Positions 23,336-34,439 of a stretch of DNA of 64,000 bases are shown piece by piece. The number at the start of each line of letters is the position of its first letter. Positions within the stretch are counted from its first letter, which is position 1. The DNA comes from Azolla caroliniana. Its lineage: Eukaryota > Plantae > Polypodiophyta. Both the position numbers and the translations under genes were made by a program. The stretch covers positions 868,001 through 932,000 of the forward strand of contig JBHGNT010000022.1 of the NCBI GenBank assembly GCA_043228905.1, in the 5' to 3' direction. Below the pieces are notes generated by a model. That model ran no database searches, was not told the origin of the DNA, and saw only the letters and a list, made by a program, of their open reading frames with translations.

Positions 23336-26300
23336 TCACTTCGGCATGGGATGTCTTTCCAGTCCGACCCTCTTCCGGCACGCTTCCAGCTTGTCGGGTG
23401 TGAGCACTTTGGTCAGCATGTCTGACCCGTTCTCGTCCGTGTGGATCTTCGTCAGCACGAACTCCTGGTCTTCTATCCTTTCCCGGATCCAGTGATATCT
23501 TCGCTGGATGTGCTTCGTCCGGGAGTGATAGGCCGCGTTCTTCGCAAGGTGGATGGTACTCTGACTGTCGCAGTAGAGTCGGTACTCCTCCTGCCGGATA
23601 CCGAGCTCTCTAATGAGGTCCTTCATCCATATCATTTCCTTGCCGGCTTCAACAGCCGCCATGTACTCCGCCTCCGTGGTTGACAATGCAACCGTCTTCT
23701 GCAGCCTCGACTGCCACGAAACAGCTCCCCCTGCATACGTCATCACATACCCTGATGTGGACCGGCTGGTATCTGCATCAGCCGACATATCCGAATCGGT
23801 AAAGCCGTCGAGTTCGGGCTTACCGGAGCCAAATCGGAGGCACACGTTTGCCGTGCCCTTCAGGTATCGGAGTATCCACTTGGCCGCGTTCCAGTGCTCT
23901 TTGCCGGGATTGCTCATGTACCGGCTCACCACTCCGACTGCATATCCTATGTCCGGTCTTGTACACACCATTGCGTACATCAAGCTTCCGACGGCAGAGG
24001 CATATGGTACTTTCATCATGTCCTCCTTCTCAGCCTTTGTCTTGGGGCTTTGCTTGCTGGACAACTTGTAGTTTGCCGGGAGGGTTGACCCGACCGGTCT
24101 TGCTTCCGACATGTTGAACCGGTGAAGCACCTTTGTCACGTACTTCTCCTGTGACATCCACAACTGCTTCTTCTTCCGGTCCCGGATGATGTGAATCCCT
24201 AGTATTTGCCTCGCCGGACCCAGGTCTTTCATTGAGAAGGTTCGGTGAAGCGCTTTCTTCAGCATCCGTATCTTGACCTGGTCCCGTCCGACGATCAACA
24301 TGTCGTCCACGTACAGGAGGAGTATTAGAAAGTCTCCTCCTTCGAACTTCTTCACAAACACGCAGTGATCGGACTGCGTTTTGTGGTACCCTTCGTCGGT
24401 CATGAAAGAGTCGAACTTCCGGTACCATTGCCGGGGAGCCTGCTTCAGTCCGTAAAGGCTCTTCTTCAACCGGCATACCAGGTGCTCCTTCCCTTTCTTC
24501 TCGAATCCTTCCGGTTGCTGCATGTAGATCTCTTCTTTGAGGTCACCGTGAAGGAATGCCATCTTCACGTCCATCTGTTCTACCTCGAGGTCCATGCTTG
24601 CCGCTATACTCAGCACCGTCCGGATGGAGGTCATCTTCACTACCGGGGCAAATATCTCGTCGAAGTCGACGCCCTTCTTCTGCTGGAACCCCTTCACCAC
24701 GATCCTGGCTTTGTATCTCGGGGGGTTTCCGACATCTCCCGGTTTCAGCTTGAACACCCACTTGTTTCGAAGTGCCCGCTTTCCTTTCGGCAACTCCACA
24801 AGTTCATATGTGTGGTTCTCATGCAGGGAATCAATCTCCTCCTCCATGGCACTTAACCACCTGCGGCTATGGGTGTCAAGCTTTGCTTCTTCAAAACTCT
24901 CCGGCTCCCCCTCGTCGGTTAGTAGCACGTGCTCTGGTTCCGGAAATCTCCGGGGGGCCCTTCTCTCTCTTAGAGGATATCTCCGTTCCGGAGCTTCGGT
25001 AACCGGCTCCTCCGTTTCCTCTTCATCCGAATCCATTTCGGGATCGGGGCCGGTTCCGGTATCAGTTTCATCTTCCTCGGCCGGTTCTGTTTCTTCACCG
25101 TCTTCGGCCGGATCCTCGAATGCTAACCGGTCCCTTGCCGGTCGGGACTGCTCCTCGTAGAGTCGATCCTCACCGTTCGACTTGGGGCTCTTCATCTTCT
25201 TCTCCGACTCCCAGTCGGCGAGTGTCTTGTCCTCCATGAAGATGATATCACGACTCCGGAATATCTTTTTGTCGACCGGGTCCCATACTCGGTAGCCGAA
25301 CTCGTCGTCGCCGTAACCGAGGAATATGCATGGCCGGGTCTTTGGATCTAACTTTCCTCTCCGGTCCTTTGCCACATGCACGTATGCGAGGCACCCGAAC
25401 ACCTTCAGATGCCGGTAGGACACTTTCTTACCGGTCCACACTCTCTGTGGCGTGTCTCCATCCAGGGGTACTGAGGGTGATCTATTTATCACATATGTCG
25501 CCGTCGACATTGCCTCAGCCCAAAATCCCTTGGGTAATTTCGCATGTGCTAGCATACTCCGGACCCTCTCCATTATGGTCCGGTTCATCCTCTCGGCCAG
25601 CCCGTTCAGTTCCGGCGTCTTCGGCACAGTAAACTCGAGCCGGATTCCCATCAAACGGCAATACTCCTCAAATTGCCCTCGGTATTCTCCTCCGTTATCC
25701 GCTCGTAGTGCTTTCAGCTTCTTGCCGGATTCTCTTTCCACTCTCGCGTGGAGTTCTTTGAAGACGGACAATACTTGGTCCTTTGTCTTCAACGGTGCCG
25801 TCCACAGCTTCCGGCTGTGGTCATCTATGAATGTTACGAAGTACTGGGCTCCACCATGTGACTTCGTTTCTACCTGATACACATCAGTGTGTACCAACTC
25901 CAATGGTACACTACGTCTCATCGGTGGTCTTGAGCGGAAGGAGGTCCGGTTTTGCTTACCGGCCAGACAGTCGGTACACTTCCCCAGGTGTACGTGCTTT
26001 ACCGGTATCAGGTTGTCTTCGGCAAGCCTCTTCATCCCCTTCTTGCTCATGTGGCACAGTCTCTTGTGCCACAGCTCACCGGCAGTGTCGGCTGCCACGT
26101 TCAACTCCTCCGGACACAACCAGGCATTCATAAGGTACAGTGTGTTGACTTTCCGGGCCCGAGCCACTATCAGGCTCCCCTTGCTGAACTTCATTACGCA
26201 GTTCCGGATGCTACCTGTGTAGCCTTCATCGTCTAGCCTCCCGACCGAAATCAGGTTCAATCGAACCTCCGGAACGTGTCGGACATCCTTCAGCAACATT

Positions 26301-27418
26301 TTGCATCCGGTCGAGGTTGTCAGCCACACGTCTCCTATGCCGGCAATCCGGCACGTACCTTCATTTCCCATCCGAACACAGCCATGCTCACCGGCTGTGT
26401 AGGATGAGAAGTATCTTCTTTCCGGGGTCAGGTGGAACGACGCTCCGGAATCAACCACCCAGGTAGTCTCATCGCCGGCAATGTTTAGTTCACCTTCTTC
26501 GGTGATGAGCATGATCTCCTCTTCACTTGCCGCGAGTGCCGTCGTTCCTTTCCGGTCCTGCCCTCGCCGATCCGAACCATTCCGGTCCGTGGCTCCCCGG
26601 TAAGCACCGTTCCGTTCCGAAGACTTCTTCGAATCGGTGTCGTCGGCTCCGTTGTCTTTTCGGTAATGCCGACAGTTCTTTCGGAAGTGCCCCGGCTTCC
26701 CATAGTGGAAGCATGTGGGCCTTCCTCTTGACTGCGACCGGGTCCCCGACTTCTCCCGTCTTTGCGGACTCTGGTTCCGTTGTCTTCCCCGATCCGATTC
26801 GGTAAGCAGCATCTTCGGATTGGAGGCCGGTTCTTTATCTCTCTGACGCGCTTCTTCGTTCAAAATGCTTGTCTTTACCGTTTGTAGGGACAAGTTATCT
26901 TCGGTGCAGGAGGTGCTGAGAGTCACCACCAAGTTCTCCCAGTTTTCCGGCAATGTACACATCAGGATGATGGCTTGCATTGCATCCTCCAACGGTAACT
27001 TGATCGCCGCAAGCTGGTTCACGAATCCCATGAACGTGCTTACGTGTTCCACCATACTCTCGCCGTCCCGGTACTTGAGGTTCACTATCTTCCTCATCAG
27101 GGAGGTCCGGTTCAACGCATTCTTCCTCTCGTAGAGGCCCGACAGCTTCTGCCACATCTCATATGCGTTGGTGTCGTTCGCCACATGTTGTAGAACGCTC
27201 ACGTCGACGTATTGCCGAATGGTTGCAACGGCTTTCCGATTCAGAAGCCTCCATTCCGTCTCAAGTACCCCCTTGGGTATTTCCGACCTGTCGATCGGTT
27301 CATACAGGTCCCGAACAATTAGCAGATCCTCCATCTTTATCTTCCAGTCGGCGTAGTTCTGCGCATTCAGCACCATCATCACCGGCTGCCCGCTGCTGCC
27401 GCCTTCCATTTTCTGCAC
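23336..27418 (-). CDS. pol: Uninterrupted copia gag-pol polyprotein (gag, PR, INT, RT, RH)
   Basis: 1360-codon ORF (likely ATG at 27409): WVVDSGASFH, LVHTDV, LRADNGGEY, NGLAERMN, LLYVDD, TDSD, EAEY, CDSQS. Confidence 0.97.
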   Translation of the reverse strand: MQKMEGGSSGQPVMMVLNAQNYADWKIKMEDLLIVRDLYEPIDRSEIPKGVLETEWRLLNRKAVATIRQYVDVSVLQHVANDTNAYEMWQKLSGLYERKNALNRTSLMRKIVNLKYRDGESMVEHVSTFMGFVNQLAAIKLPLEDAMQAIILMCTLPENWENLVVTLSTSCTEDNLSLQTVKTSILNEEARQRDKEPASNPKMLLTESDRGRQRNQSPQRREKSGTRSQSRGRPTCFHYGKPGHFRKNCRHYRKDNGADDTDSKKSSERNGAYRGATDRNGSDRRGQDRKGTTALAASEEEIMLITEEGELNIAGDETTWVVDSGASFHLTPERRYFSSYTAGEHGCVRMGNEGTCRIAGIGDVWLTTSTGCKMLLKDVRHVPEVRLNLISVGRLDDEGYTGSIRNCVMKFSKGSLIVARARKVNTLYLMNAWLCPEELNVAADTAGELWHKRLCHMSKKGMKRLAEDNLIPVKHVHLGKCTDCLAGKQNRTSFRSRPPMRRSVPLELVHTDVYQVETKSHGGAQYFVTFIDDHSRKLWTAPLKTKDQVLSVFKELHARVERESGKKLKALRADNGGEYRGQFEEYCRLMGIRLEFTVPKTPELNGLAERMNRTIMERVRSMLAHAKLPKGFWAEAMSTATYVINRSPSVPLDGDTPQRVWTGKKVSYRHLKVFGCLAYVHVAKDRRGKLDPKTRPCIFLGYGDDEFGYRVWDPVDKKIFRSRDIIFMEDKTLADWESEKKMKSPKSNGEDRLYEEQSRPARDRLAFEDPAEDGEETEPAEEDETDTGTGPDPEMDSDEEETEEPVTEAPERRYPLRERRAPRRFPEPEHVLLTDEGEPESFEEAKLDTHSRRWLSAMEEEIDSLHENHTYELVELPKGKRALRNKWVFKLKPGDVGNPPRYKARIVVKGFQQKKGVDFDEIFAPVVKMTSIRTVLSIAASMDLEVEQMDVKMAFLHGDLKEEIYMQQPEGFEKKGKEHLVCRLKKSLYGLKQAPRQWYRKFDSFMTDEGYHKTQSDHCVFVKKFEGGDFLILLLYVDDMLIVGRDQVKIRMLKKALHRTFSMKDLGPARQILGIHIIRDRKKKQLWMSQEKYVTKVLHRFNMSEARPVGSTLPANYKLSSKQSPKTKAEKEDMMKVPYASAVGSLMYAMVCTRPDIGYAVGVVSRYMSNPGKEHWNAAKWILRYLKGTANVCLRFGSGKPELDGFTDSDMSADADTSRSTSGYVMTYAGGAVSWQSRLQKTVALSTTEAEYMAAVEAGKEMIWMKDLIRELGIRQEEYRLYCDSQSTIHLAKNAAYHSRTKHIQRRYHWIRERIEDQEFVLTKIHTDENGSDMLTKVLTPDKLEACRKRVGLERHPMPK

Positions 27419-27440
27419 TGCAGTCGCTCTGATTCCAGAT

Positions 27441-28089
27441 TGTTAGGAATTGACGCTTTCAAGACCTTCGCCTCTCGGCCGCAACCGAGGAAACACGAAT
27501 CAATGCAGCAGAAAATCGAAACACAGAGAGAGACTCGAGTGCACAGGGTTTAGCGTGGAAAACCCTAGACGGGAAAAACCACGGGAGTGCAAGACTCCAA
27601 CTATCACTATACGCAGGGAATGTACAATGGCGAGCTGCAAGGCAATGACCTTGAGCTCGCTGTCCTCGCCACAGGCGGCGGTATTACACAGAGGCGTCGA
27701 CCTCTTACTTTCTCTCTCCCTCTCACTCACACTCTCGGCTGCTCTCACTTCGTTCCCTCTAAGTGGAAAACAGAAAAATGAGCAACAACAAAAAATGTTT
27801 GCCCTAAGTCATATTTATACACATATGACTTTTGGGCTATTTACAAATATAGCCTCAAGGGCCCTTGGCAAACATATTCACAAATATGTCCCCGCATCCG
27901 GATCTCTCTCCGGGTACATTCGTCATCCGGCTCCGTAGCCGGGGTCTTCATCATCCGGCCCCGTAGCCGGGGTCTTCATCATCCGGCCCCGTAGCCGGGG
28001 TCTTCATCATCCGGCTCCGTAGCCGGGGTCTTCATCATCCGATTCCCGGACATCCGACCATCCCATCCGGAGGGACCGTAATCCCAACA
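27441..28089 (-). repeat. 5' LTR of G with four 28-bp units
   Basis: 28 bp shorter than its partner, equal to one unit. Confidence 0.95.
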
Positions 28090-28094
28090 ATCCT

Positions 28095-30548
28095 GTGACA
28101 GCCACAATTGCTTTGTTGGCCGGTCCCGGATGATATGCATCCCCAACATCTGTCTTGTCGGACCCAAGTCTTTCATTGAGGAGGTTCGGTTCAGGGCCTT
28201 CTTCAGCATCCGTATCTTGACTTGGTTTCGTCCAACGATCAACATGTCGTCCACGTACAAGAGGAGTATCAGGAAGTCTTCACCTTCGAACTTCTTCACA
28301 AATACGCAGTGATCGGCCTGCATCTTGTGGTACCCTTGATCGGTCATGAAGGAGTCGAACTTCCGGTACCATTGTCGGGGAGCCTGCTTCAACCCGTAGA
28401 GGCTCTTTTTTAACCGGCAAACCAGGTGCTCCTTCCCTTTCTTCACAAATCCCTCCGTTTGTTGCATGTAGATCTCCTCTTCGAGGTCGTCGTGGAGGAA
28501 CCCCGTCTTCACATCTAACAGCTCTACCTCGAGGTCCATGCTTGCCTCTATGCTCATCACTATCTGGATGGAAGTCTTCTTTACTACCGGGGCAAATATC
28601 TCGTCGAAGTCCATGCCCTTCTTCTGCCGGAACCCCTTCACCACGATCCTGGCTTTGTACCTTGGAGGGTTGCCGTCATCTCCTGGTTTCAACTTGTACA
28701 CCCACTTGTTTCGGAGTGCCCTCTTTCCTTTCGGTAACTCCACCAATTCATACGTGTGGTTCTCATGCAGGATCCATCTCGTCCTGCATGACACTCAACC
28801 ACTTGCGGCTATGGGTGTCATCCTTCACTTCTTCGAAGCTTTCTGGCTCCCCGTCATCGGTCAACAGCACATGCTCTGCATCCGGACTCCTCTATTTGTT
28901 CTTCATTCGAATCCCATTCGGGGTCTTGGCCGGTTCCGGTTTTAGCTTCCTCTACTTCTTCTACCGGTTAGGTATCCTCACCGTAACCGGTTGGTTCCTC
29001 GAGTGTCAGCCGGCTCTTTGCCGGGTGGGTTTGAACCTCATCGGACTTCATTATCTTCTTCTCTGACTCCCAATCGGCAAGAGTCTAGTCCTCCATGAAT
29101 ATAATATCTCGGCTCCGGAAAACCTTCTTGTCAACCGGATCCCACACTCGGTAGCCGAACTCATCATCGCCGTATCCAAGTATTATGCATGGCCGGGTTT
29201 TGCTTACCAGCTAGGCAGTTTGTGCACCTCTCAAGATGCACGTTCTTCACCGGAATGAGGTTGTCATCGTCAACCCTCTTCATCCCCTTCACGCTCATGT
29301 GATAGAGTCTCTTGTGCCACAGCTCACCGGCAGTGTCGGAAGCCACGTTCACTTGTTTTGGGCATAACCGGGCATTCATCAAGTACAACGTGTTGACCTT
29401 CCGGGCCGGAGCCACTATCAGGCTCCCTTTTCTGAATTTCATGACTCCGTTCTGGATGCTACCCGTGTAGCCTTCATCATCTAGCCGACCGGCTGATATC
29501 AGGTTCAATCGAACCTCCGGAACGTGTCGGAGATCCTTCAACAACAGCTTGCATCCGGTTGGTGTTGTCAACCACACGTCTCCTATGCCGACAATTTGGC
29601 ATGTACCTTCATTCCCCATCCGGACATAGCCGTGATCACTGGCTGTGTAGGATGAGAAGTATTTCCGGTCCGGGGTAAGGTGGAACAACGCTCCGGAATC
29701 AACAACCCACGTTGTTTCACTTGCCGCGATTGCCGTCGTTCGCTTCCGGTCTGGTCCCCTCCGGTCTTTACCGTTCCGGTCCAGTGTCCGCTTCGAATCG
29801 GTACCGTCGGTTTCCTTGTCTTTTTGGAAGTGCCGATAGTTCTTCTGGAAGTGTCCTGGCGTGTCGCAATAGAAGCAAGTAGGCCTCCCCCTTGACTTTG
29901 ACTGTGTCCCCGACTTTTCCCGGGTCTGGGGACTACGATTCCTTTGTCTTCTGCGTTCCGATTCGGTAAGGAGCGCTTTGGAGTTGGAGCACGTATCCTT
30001 GTCTTTCCGATGCGCCTACGCATCTAGCAAGCTCGACTTCACTCTTGCTAGGGATAACCGTTTCCCTTCCGGCCCGGCGTTGCCCAAAGTGACAACCAAC
30101 GTCTCCCAGCTATCTAGGAGGGAACCGAGTAGGAGTAGTGCTAGTACCTCATCGGAGAGAGGTACTTCCAATGATGTTGCCTGGTGGATCAGCCCCTGGA
30201 AGGCATTCATGTGCTCCACCATGCTGGAGCCATCTTGGTACCAGTAAGACTCTGGTTTACAACATTTTTGTTCTGAAACACAATGTTGATCTTCTCCTAG
30301 AGCTCATGAGCCTTGCTCTCTTCATTGAAGTTGTTGTATAGACTCAATTTGATGAAGCACCGTATGTACGCCGTTGTCTTCATGTGCATCACCTCCCATA
30401 TTGTGGCATCAATTTTGTTCGGTTTCTTGTCCCCGAACTGAACCGACAACCAAAGATCTTTAACCACAAGCATGTCCCTCATCTTCGACTTCCACATTGA
30501 GTAGTTGGAGCCGGTGAGCTTGAACATGCCTCCCAACGAATCGTCCAT
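28095..30548 (-). pseudogene. pol: Copia F gag-PR-(INT core deleted)-RT
   Basis: MDDSLGGMFKLTGSNYSMW, GNEGTC, LWHKRL; jumps from CLAGKQN to the PCI..GYGDDEF region; RYKARIVVKGF, LLYVDD. Confidence 0.9.
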
Positions 30549-30579
30549 TTTTCTGTGTCGTTTCACTCTGATACCACTT

Positions 30580-31180
30580 AGACAGGAAATACGCGGAATA
30601 ATCTCTGGCCACAACTGAAGCGTAGATCACTTGATGACAATCGAACACAGAAGAAATGGGAATGGAGGTAAGTACACGAACAAAAAAGAGAATACACAAG
30701 ATGTTAACGTGGAAAACCCCTGAGAGGGAAAAACCACGGGAGTCCACAGACTCCAAACTATCACTATGCCAATGATTACAACAGGGAGCACAGAGGCAAC
30801 GACCTTCTACTCACGATCTTCGCCTGCCAGCGGTTACAACAAAGACATGCTCTGAATCGCTCTCTCTCTCTCTCTCTCTCTGTATAGTCGTTACACCAAA
30901 TTACACTATACGAAGATAATAACAGCAACAGTATCAACACTGTTTGCCCTAGGTCACATTTATACTAATATGACATTAGGACTATTTACCGATATAGCCC
31001 CAATGGGCTCTCAGAAACATATCTACATATATGTCCCTTCATCTGGTGAGAGGTTCTCATCGGGCCTGCAACATCCGGTTCTCATCGGGTCTTCCTTGTC
31101 GGGTACTCGTCATCCGGTTCTCATCGGGTCTTCCGATGCCGGGCTTGCGTATCCCATCTGGAGGGACCGAGATCCTAATA
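30580..31180 (-). repeat. 5' LTR of copia F
   Basis: Adjacent to PBS; terminal dinucleotides mutated. Confidence 0.88.
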
Positions 31181-31185
31181 GTATA

Positions 31186-31697
31186 TAAGGCCTCAAGGTG
31201 ACAATAAGGTTTGTGAGCTTTGTAGATCTTTTTTAAAAGATTCTGGCCCACAAAATTCCTTTACTAGTTGATCTTCAGAAAGGTACACTTTACGTACCCC
31301 CTTCAAGCACTATCATTACAAGAATGTTGGCTGAATCTTAATCTTCATAGTCAAATTGTAGAATACGGCCATACATAAATGCGGTGTCATTTTCAAGCTG
31401 ACCGTCACCCTTCTTCTTTGTTGTATAAGGCATGACTTTTTTCTTGGAGTTGACGTATTGCATACACCATTCCTTGTCCATTAGATCACTGTCAGGAAGG
31501 CCCTCACCACCAGTAGCTACTAACATTTTCTTTTGGCTGACATCATCAGATGGTTGAGATTTTATCTCCTCGTTGAAGAGAAGCTTTTTTCCTCTCTTCA
31601 TGTTCTGAGGAACTATTAGTTTCTGGGTCTTAATTGGAGAGCCCTGATCCAAAGCTTTATTTTCTTCACAGGTCTGTTCGACAAGTTCTCAAACGAC
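31186..31697 (-). pseudogene. Cargo gene, 5' coding part, separated from the rest by copia F
   Basis: ORF 31338-31652 and downstream frame run to the TSD GTATA and continue at 21081 (..LRPYIQGHVTGREP*PSPVKAPKR); AG acceptor at about 31698; a possible short first exon near 32439-32473. Confidence 0.55.
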
Positions 31698-32130
31698 CTA
31701 TTTAAGAAAGGACGTGCGAAAATATAAGTTAGGTGGTTGCCTAGATTAAGGTTGTATATTAAAATATACATAAGTAGATCAAGACAAAAACTAGGAGGCG
31801 ATTTGTGCTAAACTCTAAATATCAATCATACTTTGAGTGAACATGATAGACCTTTATTTGGAATTTAAATCTAGTAAGGGCTATTCAACATTGAAAATTA
31901 TATATCTTAATAATTATACAAGGATATGTATCCAGACTTAAATTTGGTATCATAAAGGTAATTCGTGGGTTATTTTCTATTATTTTAAGCTATCATAGGT
32001 CATAAAACCTTTTTAAGTAAGGCCGTTAAATGTTACAACATGTAGCAAATGTCACTAAAAGAGTTTGAATTGGACATAAAATTGGTATCTTTTCACACAT
32101 ATACCAAATATTTCCCCCAAAGACACAATA

Positions 32131-32388
32131 TTCCTGTTTAAATTTTGTGTTTTATACAATAACTCAATATGGCGTATCGAGTTCATGTATAAATCACAAA
32201 ATTTAAACAGGAACTCGATACAGGGTATCCAGTTCATGTATAAAACACATACTTTGCATAGGAACTCGATACACCGTATCGAGTTACTGTATAAAACAAA
32301 AAATTTAAACAGGAACTCGATACGGCGTATCGAGTTCCTATATAAAATACAAACTTTAAACAGGAACTCGATACCCTGTATCGAGTTC
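32131..32388. repeat. Array of five 51-bp-spaced palindromes GAACTCGATAC-N3-GTATCGAGTTC with A-rich linkers
   Basis: Palindromes start at about 32160, 32211, 32262, 32313, 32364; an inverted linker copy at 32131-32158. Confidence 0.93.
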
Positions 32389-33048
32389 TTGAGTGCTAAA
32401 ACATATTTACAAAAATGTTCGGATTACCATGTGTTTACCTAGATTCTTGGCGCTCGATTTTCTTCGAAGACATGATTCACGTTGTCGATGCTTAGGGGTA
32501 GATGACAATTTGGTGTTGCGTGCTATGGGCTCTTTGTGCTTTGTCTGTTCTGTGTGCTCGTGTGCTTTGTTCTGCGTTGTCGTAAAGATCCGTCACTACG
32601 TGTGGATCGTGAGGCGGAACCGCCGGGGTTCTGGACTGGAAGGACTCGAAGTTTGCACTAGCTTTAGCGAGAAAGGATTTAAGGTAGATTGAAGAGAGAG
32701 AGATTGAGATAAGATAGAATGCTTGACTTTAGATTGAGAAAGATTGAAATGGAGAAAGAGATTAAGATTGAACCCTTTACTTTAGATTTGAGGAACAAGA
32801 TATATCATCAATTGGATAACGATTTTTTTTTCTTAATATTAATTTTGATATAAAGTACAAAGCTTGCTTGATTAATCCCTCACCCCGTTTTTCATGTGAG
32901 GGTACAAGACATGCATAGAATGCATGTTTGCCATTTGGCGTTCATGTATTACATGTGATGCATGATAACCATATCACTCAATCAAGCTCTAATATTAGAA
33001 TTTACATGTAAAAGTATAATGATAGAAAAAACATTTTTAAGGAAATGA

Positions 33049-33107
33049 CTAAGCTTAGTGGTAAGTCTATTGCCTCCTATCTTGGAGGTGCAAGGTTCAA
33101 GCCTTGC
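33049..33107 (+). other. tRNA-like Pol III A/B-box remnant inside the TIR element
   Basis: AGCTTAGTGGTAAG ... AGGTGCAAGGTTCAAGCCTTGC at tRNA-like spacing; T-arm pairs, anticodon arm does not. Confidence 0.5.
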
Positions 33108-33798
33108 TTGTATCCCTTTGATTACAAATTTCTAATAGGTTTTTTAGTCTAGATGATTTTGTTCGTTTCACACCAAAATCATCGCGATCAACCTATTCGA
33201 TCGATCCGTCTATCCGGTCCAGTTCTAGTTCCATTACGAGTAGTTAAGCCACAATTTAGCCCAAGAACATTCTGTGCTCCACTCATAGACAGAGAGTAAT
33301 AAGTTCTAGCTCTACTTATATACTGTGGGATCTTAATTTGTCCTATCTATGTGGGATAGTTTTTGTTTTTCTCTTCTTCTTCTCAAACTTTACACTCACA
33401 TAACTTGACACTAAGTTGTCCATTTCACATGTACTAAAATGCATTCGGAAGCTCTTGAAGACATCCATCTTTTCGTACCAAGATATAAAATAATATCTTC
33501 ATTATTATTGTTTCATATTGTGTGTGAAGAACCACACTCGATTTTGTACATTCCATGCAATTTTCACATTGTTGCCAAAAATCTTCACGATAGCGTGTGA
33601 GTGATTGAGAAATGAGGAGGTCTTCCTATTTATAGGGATTGACCACAATGGTTAAAGTAACCACAGTCACTTTAACCAGGGTTGGTAAGCTTAAGGTTAG
33701 TTAGTTAGACCTAAGAAAGAGTTAGTTAGTTACTTTATTTAGTACATAATCTTGAATGTACCAATCACTCTCTAATGGATTTGAATTAAATGATGCTT

Positions 33799-34093
33799 AT
33801 GAATGAATCAATGATTAAATAATCAAACTAATATATTAATGATTATTTTATACTCAAACTAACATACAATGACTTTGAAGGTCATGAAAGAAATAATGAT
33901 AGAGGTTCATGAATGAACCAATGATTGAAATCTCAAAGCAACATTTTTATGACTCTCTAATGTTTTGTATTAAAGATGTGGCCATAATGAACCAATGATT
34001 GAAAAGGCTTATATTTAAAATGGTGGGCATGAATGAACCAATGATTGAGAAGTTCTATATTAAATATGGGTACCATTAATTAACCAATGATTT
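33799..34093 (+). promoter_or_regulatory. Repeated ATGAACCAATGATT (CCAAT-box-like) motifs upstream of the transposase
   Basis: Copies near 33801 (degenerate), 33914, 33987, 34033, 34079. Confidence 0.5.
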
Positions 34094-34439
34094 TAACTTT
34101 AAGCCAACATATATATGGCTTGGTAATGATTGTAATTATATTATACTTCATGGCTAAAGTAAATTTAATTTAAATTATATATTATAGGATTAATAAGGTA
34201 TAAAATATAATTGATTCAACTTTATACTAACTAGTTTCAGTAATTATTAATATGTTGAATAAAATTATTATATTAAAAATAATATCTTTATTTATTGTAT
34301 TAATATAATATTAAATAATATAGACATTATATTGAGGGAGCTTCTATTTAGAGAGGAGTTTATGTTTAGAGAGGAGCTTATTAGTTTTTTATATTAGCCC
34401 AAGCACATAACTTAAAGAGCTCTGTGTGGACCTTGAGCC

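Larger units (their letters stand above)
22649..28089 (-). mobile_element. Young full-length Ty1/copia element G nested in F
   Basis: LTRs 22649-23325 and 27441-28089 near-identical, TG..CA; TSD ATCCT; PBS TGGAATCAGAGC at 27426-27437; PPT at about 23326-23336. Confidence 0.97.
21087..31180 (-). mobile_element. Ty1/copia element F (Tnt1/Tork-like), internally deleted
   Basis: LTRs 21087-21820 and 30580-31180; TSD GTATA (21082-21086, 31181-31185); tRNA-iMet PBS at 30566-30576; PPT at about 21821-21830. Confidence 0.93.

Noticed and set aside
23441-27432. Many plus-strand and off-frame ORFs over copia coding regions
   Set aside because: Shadow ORFs of GC-rich gag-pol with no recognisable motifs.
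32131-32388. CRISPR array (palindromic repeats with 26-bp spacers)
   Set aside because: The spacers are near-copies of each other, no cas genes are present, and the context is a eukaryotic transposon.
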